Source: an uncultured virus (IMG/VR IMGVR_UViG_3300008448_000047)
Taxonomy: Duplodnaviria > Heunggongvirae > Uroviricota > Caudoviricetes
Strand: one strand, 5' to 3'
IMG/VR virus record: IMGVR_UViG_3300008448_000047
Length of the DNA stretch: 64,000 bases
This document shows positions 1 through 10,408 of this stretch, in pieces; position 1 is the first letter of the stretch, and every line of letters begins with the position of its first letter. The notes under the pieces were generated by a model, which saw only the letters and a list, made by a program, of their open reading frames with translations, was not told the origin of the DNA and did not search any database. The position numbers and the translations under genes are program-made.

Positions 1-173
1 TATTCATTTTTTAATGTAAAAAAAACTGAGGAAGAACCACCTGCACCCTTAGTTCGCCCCAATGATTAGTGTCATTACCTGCACATACAACACGCCACCC
101 GATGTACTAGCCCGAACATGGGCATCGCTCAAAAAATAACCCAAACTGAAGAGAACCTTGCTAGTATGCCACC

Positions 174-1244
174 ATGCGCTTTCATGTAGTTTCATTGCCG
201 CACACAAACACAACAGAAGACTTTACGGCCTGCGCCTACACGGAAAAAGTCCGCAAGTTCTGCATAATGATGAAAAATCTTGGGCATACGGTATACCTTT
301 ATGCCGGAGAATTCAACGAGGCTCCATGCGACGAGCATATTATGTGCATAACCGAGGAAGAACGACTAGAAGCGGTAGGAGGAAAACACTACTCATCTGC
401 TTCTTTTGACTACACTCTGCCGCACTGGAAAAAATTCAACAAAACAGTCGTATCAGAGATAGGTCAACGGCTAGAGCACAAAGACTTTATTTGCCTTATC
501 GCTGGCTATGCATCAAAGCCGATTGCTGACGCATTCCCTCAGGAGCTCAGTGTCGAATTTGGCATTGGATACGGTGGCTCGTTTGCTAACTACAAAGTGT
601 TTGAGTCATACGCGTGGATGCATTCTTGCTACGGCTCAAAAGTTACTGACCCACATGCGCTTGATGGTAAGTTTTATGACACAGTCATCCCTAGCTATAT
701 CGACATCAACGACTTCCCAACACAGGACAAACCAGGAGACTACTACCTATATATTGGTCGCTTGATAGAGCGCAAGGGGTACCAGATTGCCGTAGAGGTC
801 TGCAAACATCTCGGTAAGCGGCTATTAATTGCCGGTGCTGGCGAACCTCCTGAGTACGGAGAATATGTCGGAATTGTTGGCACAGAGCGTCGAGCTGAAC
901 TGATGGGCGGAGCAATAGCAACATTCACACCGACAATCTACGTGGAGCCTTTTGGCACTGTAGCCGTAGAGGCTATGGCATGTGGCTCTCCAGTTATCTC
1001 GACAGACTGGGGGGCTTTTACTGAAACAGTTATAGATGGGGTCACTGGGTTTAGGTGTCACACGTTCCAAGAGTTTATAGACGCTGCAATTAACGCGTCA
1101 TTACTAGATAGAAAAGCCATAGGAGAATACTCGAAGAATAGATACGGCCTGGACGCCGTTGGTCTTATGTATGACCGATATTTCAGACGTCTTCAGACAC
1201 TATGGGGTGCTGGATGGTATGAACTGGGAGAAGCTACTCAGTAG
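174..1244 (+). CDS. Glycosyltransferase, GT-B fold (GT4-like)
   Basis: YIGRLIERKG and EPFGTVAVEAMACGSPVI motifs typical of GT4. Confidence 0.9.
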   Translation: MRFHVVSLPHTNTTEDFTACAYTEKVRKFCIMMKNLGHTVYLYAGEFNEAPCDEHIMCITEEERLEAVGGKHYSSASFDYTLPHWKKFNKTVVSEIGQRLEHKDFICLIAGYASKPIADAFPQELSVEFGIGYGGSFANYKVFESYAWMHSCYGSKVTDPHALDGKFYDTVIPSYIDINDFPTQDKPGDYYLYIGRLIERKGYQIAVEVCKHLGKRLLIAGAGEPPEYGEYVGIVGTERRAELMGGAIATFTPTIYVEPFGTVAVEAMACGSPVISTDWGAFTETVIDGVTGFRCHTFQEFIDAAINASLLDRKAIGEYSKNRYGLDAVGLMYDRYFRRLQTLWGAGWYELGEATQ

Positions 1245-1467
1245 TTATTGCGTGCCATTTCCCGATAGGGCATTCTGCTGCTGCGAGTTTTGTCTTTAGC
1301 TTCATAAAGCAACCGCATTGGGTGCATTGCTTTGTTGTTCGCCTAAGATAAGGACACCGGTTGCAGATAGCGAATCGAGATTCTTCTACTTCAGCCGAAA
1401 CATACTCTGTGTCACTTTTAAAAAAATCTAGTGGCGTTGGTTTTTTATCGTTTTTCATTTTTGCCAC
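1234..1467 (-). CDS. Small Cys-rich protein
   Basis: CxxC...CxxCGC...CP pattern; co-oriented with the tail genes. Confidence 0.6.
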   Translation of the reverse strand: MAKMKNDKKPTPLDFFKSDTEYVSAEVEESRFAICNRCPYLRRTTKQCTQCGCFMKLKTKLAAAECPIGKWHAITTE

Positions 1468-1488
1468 CTATGCACAGCAATTGTCGGT

Positions 1489-1794
1489 TTACGAAATTTC
1501 CCCAACCGCTTCAAAACCTTCCAGGTCCGGAAGAATAAACTCTGTTCCGTTCCACGGGGTTCCTTCTTTTACTGGCGGATGATTTATAAATTCGTGTTCT
1601 CCATCAAATAGGCTTGCGAATGTCACGTAGTCAGGAATGAATAATTGCGGCAACCCTCCAGGGGCATCCTGTCCCCTTGATATACACGCAACGGCTTTAC
1701 CATTCTTCACTGCGACTATAGACATTTCCGGAGCAACACCGTCAATTTCTGAATTGTGCTGAAAAAGCATCAGCATGTAGTGGGTTCTTTTCAT
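1489..1794 (-). CDS. Hypothetical tail-associated protein
   Basis: AAGGA RBS; directly downstream of the FN3 gene. Confidence 0.6.
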   Translation of the reverse strand: MKRTHYMLMLFQHNSEIDGVAPEMSIVAVKNGKAVACISRGQDAPGGLPQLFIPDYVTFASLFDGEHEFINHPPVKEGTPWNGTEFILPDLEGFEAVGEIS

Positions 1795-1805
1795 CGGTAT
1801 TCCTT

Positions 1806-3575
1806 TTATATGTATCTTTCGGTTCTATACCTATACGTTATACGAAGATATGTTTCTGGAGTCTGACCTGCAGCCCAGTCCCCCGTGATTGTTCCACCTC
1901 CGATAACTGAATACCTGTTTGTATTGTTTGTTCCGACAGGCCAGCCTAAAGCTTCATTTTCGATATTGACATTTTGGTCTGCGTGGTCCCATGTCGCGCT
2001 TCTCCACACATTGTTTCCCGTACCCCAGGAGCTGCCGCCGTTAAGTGCAAGAAACGTCGACGAGCCGCCACCGGTTCCGGTTGAAGAAGTTGCAGAAGAT
2101 AGGCCAACTGATGGGTTTCGTCCCGAGGTGATGGTGTTGATAACTGGGGAAGACTGAGAGACTCGCGCATAGACAATGGCACTTCTGACACTTTCTGTCG
2201 GAGTCGAATACCAGTCATAATATTTTCGAGTCATACTTCCTCCAGTAACGGTTATAGGTTCCGTATCCCAGGTTGTATTGGTGAACTCAGGCCAATAGTT
2301 TCCACTATCTGTAGTTAGCGACGCTGTAGCAGAACGCGAGTAACCTTCTGAGTTAAACGTTGTTACAGTTACAGACACCACCATACTGAGACCTATGCTA
2401 GTTGTTCCAGAATACCCTGGGTAAGTGGAGACATCTAGGGTTTGGTTCGCGGCAGTTGTCCAGTTGTATGTTGGCGGATTGAAGTTTTGTCCATAAATAA
2501 AATCACCACTAGTGGACACATACACTTCGGTTCTATCGTAGTTTTCGCAAGCTGTTGGTGAAAGGGTTATGCGTACTGGTCTCTTAAACCAAGTATTCGA
2601 ATCATACCTATTTCCATATCCCGGCAACATTGCAATCGACACTCCTGGGGCAGCAAATCCAGGGGTTGACCCAGCTGACTTCGCAGAATATAAACCGTCG
2701 CCGGCAGCATTATATGCCTGTACTCGACCTTTTAATTCCGTTCCGTTTGCGACAGTAAAGGTGTAACTAGTGGACGTTGTTGTAGTCGTTCCTGTCCAAG
2801 ATGCACCATCATTTGTAGAGTATTCAACCCTGTACCCACTAATCGCGCTTCCTCCATTGCCGGGAGCACTCCAACTGATTGTGAACCGCCTATCACCCGA
2901 AGAAGACGATGGAGTTCCAACCTGGTCAGGTGTCGTATACGGTGTTGCCGATGGTTCGTTGGAGCCTGCTCCACCTCCGCCTACGTTAACGCCTCTGACC
3001 TGAACTGTATATGAAGTTCCGTTAGCTAAGCTGCCGACATCCCACGGCCCAGTTGTGCCGGATAGCGAAATATAGTCTCCGTATGCGCTCCCGCCGCTTT
3101 TTATTCTGTATTGATACGAAGTTACAGCCCTACCATTCCCCGATGCTGCGGCGGATAATGTTATGCGCAGAGTTTGTGAAGATTGTCTAGCAACAGATAT
3201 TGTCGGCGCGCTAGGAACAGTAAACGGAGTGGTGCTGGTTGATAGAGGGTCGGACTCCAAACCCCCACCTAAAACGTTAGCTGCGCGAAGTTTTACATAG
3301 TATTTCTGGCCATTTGTTAGTCCGCCAATTGTTATTGGCGACACTATGTCTACAGGAGAAAGGGATGTCCATTCTCCATACGTGACTCCGTCGTCCGTTG
3401 ATAGCGCATATTGATAGTTTGTTATATCTAGTCCGCCATTAAAAGACGGCGTGGTAAAAGAAACTGTCAGCTGTTGATTCCCCTCGATAGATGACAGATT
3501 GGTTGGCAAGCCAGGAACCGTTCCACCGCCGAAGAAACCTCGAGCAGATTGTCCCCTAGATGACAGGAATGGCAT
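1806..3575 (-). CDS. Fibronectin type III repeat tail/structural protein
   Basis: Three FN3-like units (W/F..P..NGG..I..Y; L.NG..Y.V.VRA.N..G); Ser/Thr/Gly-rich C-terminus. Confidence 0.8.
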   Translation of the reverse strand: MPFLSSRGQSARGFFGGGTVPGLPTNLSSIEGNQQLTVSFTTPSFNGGLDITNYQYALSTDDGVTYGEWTSLSPVDIVSPITIGGLTNGQKYYVKLRAANVLGGGLESDPLSTSTTPFTVPSAPTISVARQSSQTLRITLSAAASGNGRAVTSYQYRIKSGGSAYGDYISLSGTTGPWDVGSLANGTSYTVQVRGVNVGGGGAGSNEPSATPYTTPDQVGTPSSSSGDRRFTISWSAPGNGGSAISGYRVEYSTNDGASWTGTTTTTSTSYTFTVANGTELKGRVQAYNAAGDGLYSAKSAGSTPGFAAPGVSIAMLPGYGNRYDSNTWFKRPVRITLSPTACENYDRTEVYVSTSGDFIYGQNFNPPTYNWTTAANQTLDVSTYPGYSGTTSIGLSMVVSVTVTTFNSEGYSRSATASLTTDSGNYWPEFTNTTWDTEPITVTGGSMTRKYYDWYSTPTESVRSAIVYARVSQSSPVINTITSGRNPSVGLSSATSSTGTGGGSSTFLALNGGSSWGTGNNVWRSATWDHADQNVNIENEALGWPVGTNNTNRYSVIGGGTITGDWAAGQTPETYLRITYRYRTERYI

Positions 3576-3576
3576 G

Positions 3577-4488
3577 TTAGAACCTAGATTGACTAATGAA
3601 TGCTGTGTATGCGTCAGTTCCGGTCTTTATCAACGTAATGGTGTAGCAATCAACAGAGCTGGCATTTCCGGATGGTGAAACATTTCCACCAAACCACTTA
3701 GATGTAACTGCCCCCGTAACTCCATCTACCGTTATTGACGAAAGCTTATGTGCGGAGGTTCCGTTTGTGGCGAACAAAGCAAACGTCACTGCCTGCCCTG
3801 TTGTCAGCATTGAGTTGAGGGTTGTTGACCCATCACCCCGTAGATTCCATATCCAGTTTGCTGAAGTGTTGGCCGTGAAGTAATGAACACTGCCGTCTTT
3901 GATATTGATGTCTACGGTGCCAGTCAGGGCAGTTGTATTTATAACAACTTTCTCAACTATTTCTTCTATTTTTGTTGTCCCTGATAAAGACAGGTTTTCC
4001 GCTAGTTTGCTGGAAGTTACCGCAGCGGCCCCTATTTTGTCGACCGTAACTGCTTCGTCGTCCAACTTCGCTTCAGTAACAGAACCATCTACTATTTCTG
4101 CTTCTGATACGGCCGTCATCCAGGACAACAGATAGGTATCTATTCCGGTCTTTGTCAAAGATGCTCTTGACCACCTATGGGTCAACGTTGTCAAAGAGCC
4201 TTCTGAGTTAATTACAACTGATGGAGCGCCAGTAATCGACAACGAGCCCGTGCCGCCATACACAATTTCTATTGAGTCTCCATTAGCAATAGCCAAACCT
4301 GTGGGTATTGTCAATGTAACTGGATTGGAGTTGCTGGTAAAGATAAGGATGTGACCGACGTCATCTGTCTCAAGAGTGTATGTAGACCCGGAAACTGTTG
4401 ACACCGGGTAGTTGTATGTGCTCGCCTGGAGCGTATTCATCTGTGATGCCGTCAAAGTTTGACCGGCAGAAAATACCTGAAGAGCCAT
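3577..4488 (-). CDS. Putative tail fiber/minor tail protein
   Basis: N-terminal FSAGQTLTASQMN, VTEAKL/VTVDKI/VTSSKL repeats, beta-rich C-terminus. Confidence 0.7.
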   Translation of the reverse strand: MALQVFSAGQTLTASQMNTLQASTYNYPVSTVSGSTYTLETDDVGHILIFTSNSNPVTLTIPTGLAIANGDSIEIVYGGTGSLSITGAPSVVINSEGSLTTLTHRWSRASLTKTGIDTYLLSWMTAVSEAEIVDGSVTEAKLDDEAVTVDKIGAAAVTSSKLAENLSLSGTTKIEEIVEKVVINTTALTGTVDINIKDGSVHYFTANTSANWIWNLRGDGSTTLNSMLTTGQAVTFALFATNGTSAHKLSSITVDGVTGAVTSKWFGGNVSPSGNASSVDCYTITLIKTGTDAYTAFISQSRF

Positions 4489-4548
4489 TTTTTCCTCGCG
4501 ATAAGCGTTTTGCTAATTATACAACGCTGAAACTATGCGAAAATGTAG

Positions 4549-4836
4549 CTATTTTAAGAAGTGCTTGACAATTGCTGTACACGCCAGAACCACCCACAAC
4601 ACGTTGAACAGAATGATTGTGGGCAGCGTTTTTACAGTTGATGACCAAATCAACGCAATGCTGCTTGCTATCGCAAAAATATAAAGCCACCAAAACTGCT
4701 GCTCAAAAAGCAGGCCGGGGAAAATGATTGCAATCTTCGTTGCAAACCCCCAGGCTTCAACTGTATTAGCCCGTGTCCAGTATCCGCGTTTTGACATAGT
4801 TTTGACGGCATTGGAAACCGCATAAAAGAATTTCAT
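4549..4836 (-). CDS. Small multi-pass membrane protein
   Basis: Three hydrophobic segments; GGAG RBS. Confidence 0.65.
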   Translation of the reverse strand: MKFFYAVSNAVKTMSKRGYWTRANTVEAWGFATKIAIIFPGLLFEQQFWWLYIFAIASSIALIWSSTVKTLPTIILFNVLWVVLACTAIVKHFLK

Positions 4837-4918
4837 TCTCCAACACTACACGGTGTCGCACCTTAGTTAACAGTCTGGCTAATGCTAAAATTAGCTACCG
4901 TCTTTTCTTTGGAGAACT

Positions 4919-6850
4919 ATGCGTTTACATGTCCGTCGTGGCGCGTGGATTTATTTTGCGCTTATTTTATGGGTATCCGTAGGCCCCTTCATGACGGGCG
5001 CATCAGCACAATCAGAGCCAGGATTAACCGTAACCATTTACAACAACTTTGGCTACAACGGCTCTCCGCCTCTTCCAGCAGTATCCGGAAGGCCGTCTGT
5101 TGGTCAGATGACCGTTTCGAGGGTTGAGCAAAACTTTGACCAGTCTCCACCTTTTAACTTATATGAGGACTTCATTGTCCAATACGAAGGCTATGTGACA
5201 TCTCCGGTTTCTGGGACATTTAATTTTTTGCCCACAGCAGATGACGGTACAAAGCTCTACATAGATGATGTTCTGGTCCAGAACGACTGGAGAGACAAGG
5301 GTGGCGGAGGAGCGGTTTCCGATGCTGTTACTTTTGAGGCCGGAGTTTCTAAGAAATTCGAGATGTGGTTCTACGAAAACGGTGGAGGAGCATGGACAAC
5401 TCTTTACTGGAACATAAATGGTGGATGGGAAGTTGTTCCAGATAGCGCATTTACAAAACAAGTTGCCACCACAACCACTACAACATTGGCTCCGTATTTT
5501 AACCCTCCAACAAACCTAACCGCGCTTGTCGTTGAAGACAACCAGGTAAAGCTCACATGGGAGGCCGGAGAGCCAAGCAACATAGAGCCACACATGTGGA
5601 ACATCACGTGGTTTGAGATGGATTCCGGAGAACGGAGCGGTGGTTGGGGGATTTGGACGTACGCCAACACGCTTACTGCCACTATTACTTTGGGTTCAGA
5701 CACTTCTGGTTATGGGGACACCCAATTTACTGTTAGCGCGGGAACTGCTGCGTGTGTTGGGGAAGGGCAAGGCTCGTGTTTATATGGACCACCTGCAGTC
5801 ACTGATATAAGCGTTTCTGTACCTACTACAACTACCAGCACTACAACTACGACCAGCACTACTACGACTACAGAGCCCGAGCCAGAAACCACTACAACTA
5901 CAGAGCCCGAACCAGAAACAACTACTACAACAGAGCCTGAACCAGTATTGCCGGAGGAACCAGTTGCAGGACCAATTTCCCCTGAAACGACAGAAGTCGA
6001 AGTACCACAACAAGAAGAACCAACGGAAACGCCGCCAACCACAGACGCGCCGGCACTAGAAGAGGAAACGCAAGCGTCGATTGATGAACTAGACACAGAA
6101 AATGTATCTACCACCGCTTTGTCAAATGCTGTATCAAACATAATCGACAGCATTGCCAACCCTGACGAGCTAGGTGAAGCAGTTAATGACATATTAGATA
6201 AGCCTCTGACTGACGAACAATTCACCGCTGTTATAGATGAAGTCTTTTCTGAGCCATTATCCACTGAAGAATTAACAAACGTCCTTGATGCAGTCTTTGA
6301 TGAACCGCTTTCTGATGAAAAGTTTGACGAAGTTATATCCACGGTTCTCGACCAACCCCTGACTGACGAACAATTTGCTGCCGTTATCGATGTTTTGGAG
6401 AACGACAGCATCACCGAAGAACAGGTCGCCAGTGCGGTCGATTCCGTTTTAGAAAACGGTGTTACAGAAGACCAGGCCACAGAGCTTGCCACGAGCGCAA
6501 AAGTCTTGGAAAGTATTGATGGCGAGCAGGCTGCTGAGATTTTCGCCGCTGTTGATATTGCCGAGGTAACCCCAGAAGAAGCTGCTCAACTTGTCGAGGC
6601 TGTCCAAGATGCCCCTGCGGAAGTTAGAAGTTCTTTTGAGGAAGAAATAAACGTCTTTGATGGGGTTGTTGACACTTATGTCCCACTTGACTCAAATGTC
6701 AGCGTAGGCGTACGTCGCGTCATAATAGCAGCTACTACTGTATTATCTATTACGGCATTACCTACTAGTCCATCGTCTGGCAGTTCCGGTGGAGGTTCTG
6801 GCGGTGGTTCCAGTGGTGGGCCGAGCGACAGCGGGAGAAGACGCAAATGA
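4919..6850 (+). CDS. Secreted/surface protein: PA14 domain, FN3-like domain, Thr/Pro/Glu linker, acidic repeats, C-terminal anchor
   Basis: Signal peptide; PA14 motif ADDGTKLYIDD...WFYENGGGA; TTTTEPEPE and PL(T/S)DE(Q/K)F repeats; hydrophobic segment near the C-terminus and terminal RRRK. Confidence 0.8.
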   Translation: MRLHVRRGAWIYFALILWVSVGPFMTGASAQSEPGLTVTIYNNFGYNGSPPLPAVSGRPSVGQMTVSRVEQNFDQSPPFNLYEDFIVQYEGYVTSPVSGTFNFLPTADDGTKLYIDDVLVQNDWRDKGGGGAVSDAVTFEAGVSKKFEMWFYENGGGAWTTLYWNINGGWEVVPDSAFTKQVATTTTTTLAPYFNPPTNLTALVVEDNQVKLTWEAGEPSNIEPHMWNITWFEMDSGERSGGWGIWTYANTLTATITLGSDTSGYGDTQFTVSAGTAACVGEGQGSCLYGPPAVTDISVSVPTTTTSTTTTTSTTTTTEPEPETTTTTEPEPETTTTTEPEPVLPEEPVAGPISPETTEVEVPQQEEPTETPPTTDAPALEEETQASIDELDTENVSTTALSNAVSNIIDSIANPDELGEAVNDILDKPLTDEQFTAVIDEVFSEPLSTEELTNVLDAVFDEPLSDEKFDEVISTVLDQPLTDEQFAAVIDVLENDSITEEQVASAVDSVLENGVTEDQATELATSAKVLESIDGEQAAEIFAAVDIAEVTPEEAAQLVEAVQDAPAEVRSSFEEEINVFDGVVDTYVPLDSNVSVGVRRVIIAATTVLSITALPTSPSSGSSGGGSGGGSSGGPSDSGRRRK

Positions 6851-7056
6851 AATATGTCAAGAAACTTATGTCAACACTTTTAAGTGAGTTTCACGCCCTT
6901 GCTTGGACTCTTGCTGGAGCAGTAACCGTGCTTATTACTCTTTCTGGAGCAACCCAGCAGCAAGGTCTGTGGATAACCCTAATAGCGCTATGTGTGCATT
7001 TGTTCGGAGTCACATGCAAGGCGTTCTTTAATAAGGAAGATAATGAAAACAATTAA
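6847..7056 (+). CDS. Small two-TM membrane protein
   Basis: ATGA overlap with upstream gene; two hydrophobic segments. Confidence 0.65.
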   Translation: MKYVKKLMSTLLSEFHALAWTLAGAVTVLITLSGATQQQGLWITLIALCVHLFGVTCKAFFNKEDNENN

Positions 7057-8476
7057 AACAATTAGGAATCTTTTTTTGTGCGTTGCTGCACTATTTGCTG
7101 TTGTTGCAGTGGCAGTACCCACGCAATATAAAGACGGAAAATTAATCGTAGGCAGTGTCGCTAAGGCTTCTGGGTCAGGCGGCCCGATTGTTCTCGACGG
7201 CATGGACCCAATCTGCCATGCTGCGTATAATGAAAACACCGACCAGTACATTGCAAAAGTAGTCAAAAGTGTTTACGACCAGTCTTTAATGCCTGGAAAC
7301 AACGGCAAAATTGCAATACTCGGTACTGGGACAACGCCCGGTGGATGTGGTGGCGACTGGACATCTTTGTTAACAACAAAGTTTTTAACACAGTTTGGAA
7401 CGCTTGCTTCAGGACTCCAGCCCGAGGTTCAGTTTATAAACAGCACTACCGACCTGAATGCTTTTTTCTCTTCCGGAATAACATCGACTCCACCGAAAAT
7501 GCTATGGATTCCAGATGACTGGTCCAGAAGCGATGAGGTCAACTCAATATTTACTACTAATGCTGAAAAAATTGCTGACTTTGTTAACTCTGGCGGTGGA
7601 TTGTTTTCCAGCTACAACCCTTATGGCTGGCTGACAGCGCTGCTTCCGAGTGCGGTTTTTAACCTTGGTGGTTGCAATGGTGGTCCAGACGCAACGGCTG
7701 ACGGAATCGCGGATTTTGGATTGAGTAACTCAATAGTTGCCGCATGCTGGCATGGATATTTTACTGGAAACGTTGGAACACTAAAAGTCCTTGTTGACTA
7801 TCCGTACCCAGACCCAACTAGCACTCGTAAGGCAGTTTCAATTGGTGGTGGCTCCGTATCTCTTCCTAGCTCATTCACTCTGGCAATTAGTCCTGCCAAC
7901 CCATCAGCCGGAACTCCACTCACAATCACAGCAACAGCTCAAACAATTGCTGGAGCCCCACAAGCCGGAGTAGTAGTTAGCATGACTGTTAGTAGCGGTC
8001 CAGATGCTGGACGGAATTTTACTGCAACAACAAATTCTTCAGGAATCGCCACAATAACTGTAAATACATCTTCGACTGGAACAAACGTATATACGGCGAC
8101 AGCCACTGTAAATGGCGTTGTCAAGACTGTTTCTACAACCGTCACATGGAGCCCTGCCCCCACTACTACGGCTGCACCGACTACCACTGCTGCCCCAACT
8201 ACGACCCTTACCCCCACGACCACCCTCGCCCCAACCACAACAATTGCGCCTTCAACTACCGTCGCTGTAACTACTACTGATGTATCAACTACAACTGCTC
8301 CAGAAGTAGCAATAGTTGCGCCCACAACTACTGTTCACGACCACTCAACCCATAGCCATGGCCCTCTTCCAGCAACTGGGGCTAATGCATGGAGGCTTTA
8401 TTTAATGGGACTTTGCCTACTATGCCTAGGTTCGGCTATTTATCTTTCCAGACTGCTTGTTAAGTATAAAAATTAA
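7043..8476 (+). CDS. LPxTG-type surface protein with Ig-like domain and Thr-rich stalk
   Basis: AAGGAAG RBS; signal peptide; APTTT repeats; LPATG followed by TM helix and basic tail. Confidence 0.8.
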   Translation: MKTIKTIRNLFLCVAALFAVVAVAVPTQYKDGKLIVGSVAKASGSGGPIVLDGMDPICHAAYNENTDQYIAKVVKSVYDQSLMPGNNGKIAILGTGTTPGGCGGDWTSLLTTKFLTQFGTLASGLQPEVQFINSTTDLNAFFSSGITSTPPKMLWIPDDWSRSDEVNSIFTTNAEKIADFVNSGGGLFSSYNPYGWLTALLPSAVFNLGGCNGGPDATADGIADFGLSNSIVAACWHGYFTGNVGTLKVLVDYPYPDPTSTRKAVSIGGGSVSLPSSFTLAISPANPSAGTPLTITATAQTIAGAPQAGVVVSMTVSSGPDAGRNFTATTNSSGIATITVNTSSTGTNVYTATATVNGVVKTVSTTVTWSPAPTTTAAPTTTAAPTTTLTPTTTLAPTTTIAPSTTVAVTTTDVSTTTAPEVAIVAPTTTVHDHSTHSHGPLPATGANAWRLYLMGLCLLCLGSAIYLSRLLVKYKN

Positions 8477-8553
8477 CAACTATAAGGTTCACAGTGTTGT
8501 AAAATATAGCTATGCGCTCTCGCATACGTTCGCTACGACCTGTGAGGAAGAAA

Positions 8554-9357
8554 ATGAAGTATCCATACAAAAAGTTGGTGTTGCCTAAAGAAGTGGAAAA
8601 AGTAGGCAACGGCAAGTTGACGCCAAAAATGCTCAAGAAGGTCAAGACTGGCGGAATCATGTGGACTGAGGCTGCTGACGCATTCAACCTTATGTATGAC
8701 GCAGCATTGGCTGCTGGGTTCAAGCTTCGCAACGTAGGTGACTTTAGGCCTTTTGAAGGTCAATTGGCCATGTTTAAGGACCGCTATAGCGAGAAAGACC
8801 TTGGCAGAAAGCCACAGGTTACCCGTAAGTACGAAGGCAAAACCTGGTACCTAAAGCCCGGCAAAGCCCCAAGCTCGACACCCGGCAACTCAAACCACGG
8901 ATTTGGACTAGCGATTGACCTTGGCTATGAAGCTAAGGGTGCACTTACATCAATGGGTGGTAAATGCTTAGAGTGGATGTGCGAAAACGCTCCCAAGTAC
9001 GGTTTCTACCTACAGGGCGACGACCCTAAGTCTCCAGAATTCGAGGCTTGGCACTGGCAGTATGTATGTGGGGACACCCCTCCAGCCGCAGTGTCGGGTG
9101 GAGCCCCAGCCGCTGCAGCGCCGGCTCCTGCTGCCGCTCCAGCTGCTCCAGCCCCAGGTGCCCCAGCATTCCCCGGAGAACTTGATGTTGGCTCCAAAGG
9201 TGGAGCAGTAAAGCTCGTTCAGGCAAAAGTTGGCGCTAAGGAAGATGGAGATTTTGGACCCGGAACAGGTGCGAAAGTTTCTGCATGGCGCGAAGCTAAT
9301 GGGTTAGGCAAGGGAACCAAGGTGGGACCAAAGACCTGGAAGGCGATGTTCGGCTGA
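8554..9357 (+). CDS. Endolysin: M15 (VanY-like) peptidase with C-terminal peptidoglycan-binding domain
   Basis: SNHGFGLAID and EAWHW zinc motifs; Pro/Ala linker; DGDFGPGT PG-binding motif. Confidence 0.88.
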   Translation: MKYPYKKLVLPKEVEKVGNGKLTPKMLKKVKTGGIMWTEAADAFNLMYDAALAAGFKLRNVGDFRPFEGQLAMFKDRYSEKDLGRKPQVTRKYEGKTWYLKPGKAPSSTPGNSNHGFGLAIDLGYEAKGALTSMGGKCLEWMCENAPKYGFYLQGDDPKSPEFEAWHWQYVCGDTPPAAVSGGAPAAAAPAPAAAPAAPAPGAPAFPGELDVGSKGGAVKLVQAKVGAKEDGDFGPGTGAKVSAWREANGLGKGTKVGPKTWKAMFG

Positions 9358-9373
9358 TAGCCGACAGACTTTC

Positions 9374-9622
9374 ATGGAAGCAGTGTACGTTGCCCTTATT
9401 AGTGCCGTCGGTGGCGTGATTATTGCCATAGTCGAGTCTGGACGCAGAACCAGCAGGGCAAGGTGGGAAGAAAACAAGCAAGACCACAACTTCGTCGTCG
9501 ACAAGATTGACACCCTCGGTAAGTCTCTAGGTATTTCGATTGACCGTGTTGAAAAAGGCGTAGAGCGGACAGAGCAAAAAATCGACGAACATATCCGCGA
9601 CCATGCAAAAGGAGAGGTCTGA
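9374..9622 (+). CDS. Lysis-cassette membrane protein (N-terminal TM plus coiled coil)
   Basis: TM helix; immediately after endolysin. Confidence 0.65.
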   Translation: MEAVYVALISAVGGVIIAIVESGRRTSRARWEENKQDHNFVVDKIDTLGKSLGISIDRVEKGVERTEQKIDEHIRDHAKGEV

Positions 9623-9858
9623 TGGCCGGCAAGAAACCAGCAAAACCAATGGCAGGGCAGTCCAAACAAGCCCCAGAAAACCCCGCTATCTATGGTACTC
9701 AAGTCATGTTCATGGGCTCAAAGCTTGCGAAGTTCACATGCGATAAGTGTGGTAAATCGATTGTTCGCGGAATGATTCGAGTTCTTGGTGACACCAGTTA
9801 CTGTTCAAAAGCCTGTGTGACTTCTGTCACCAAACAAAAAGAGGAGATGTCTCAATGA
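9622..9858 (+). CDS. Small zinc-binding protein
   Basis: CxxC...YCSxxC. Confidence 0.6.
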   Translation: MAGKKPAKPMAGQSKQAPENPAIYGTQVMFMGSKLAKFTCDKCGKSIVRGMIRVLGDTSYCSKACVTSVTKQKEEMSQ

Positions 9859-10133
9859 AAACTTTTCTATCTCTTATAGGTAGGGTCGCTGCAGTTTTCG
9901 GCAGCAGTGCGCTGGCTGCTGTTGCAGGTGGAGCAGTCTTCGGCGTCGAGCTATGGAAAAGCGCTGCAATCGCCGGCGTGATGGCTGCAGCAAAAGTTAC
10001 CGAGTCTCTGCTTAAGTCTTACGCTGATGATGGGGTGTTAGATAAAGAAGAAATTTCCCAAGCTTTTGGTGGAAATAATTCAATGACTACTGCCAAGAAG
10101 GCACGCAGAAAAGCTCCAGCCGAACAGGTATAA
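9855..10133 (+). CDS. Putative holin
   Basis: Two hydrophobic segments and basic C-terminus in the lysis cassette. Confidence 0.55.
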   Translation: MKTFLSLIGRVAAVFGSSALAAVAGGAVFGVELWKSAAIAGVMAAAKVTESLLKSYADDGVLDKEEISQAFGGNNSMTTAKKARRKAPAEQV

Positions 10134-10225
10134 TATAAGTGGGCCTTGGTGCCCGTCAAGGGGATGCAGTAGTTTTTTTAAATTTATCTGTTGTTGTCTC
10201 CCCTTATAACTACTAAAGTATCTAC

Positions 10226-10408
10226 ATGACTACTTTGCGACTATCTATCCTGCTTCGCGATATGGAAATTCCAGCGTCGCGCAGAGACACCACAAAGCCA
10301 GAGAATCTCCGCTGGATGCTCCGAAACCTACGCATTCGCAATCTGGAGAACCCATGCATCAGCGAAGCCATCACGCTTCTCAAGAAAGAAATAGATAAAC
10401 TTCAGTAA
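10226..10408 (+). CDS. Hypothetical protein
   Basis: ORF coupled to next gene. Confidence 0.55.
   Translation: MTTLRLSILLRDMEIPASRRDTTKPENLRWMLRNLRIRNLENPCISEAITLLKKEIDKLQ

Noticed and set aside
5710..6492. 260-aa antisense ORF, and similar shadow ORFs such as 7939..8325 and 20574..21146
   Set aside because: Mirror of low-complexity or biased coding on the opposite strand
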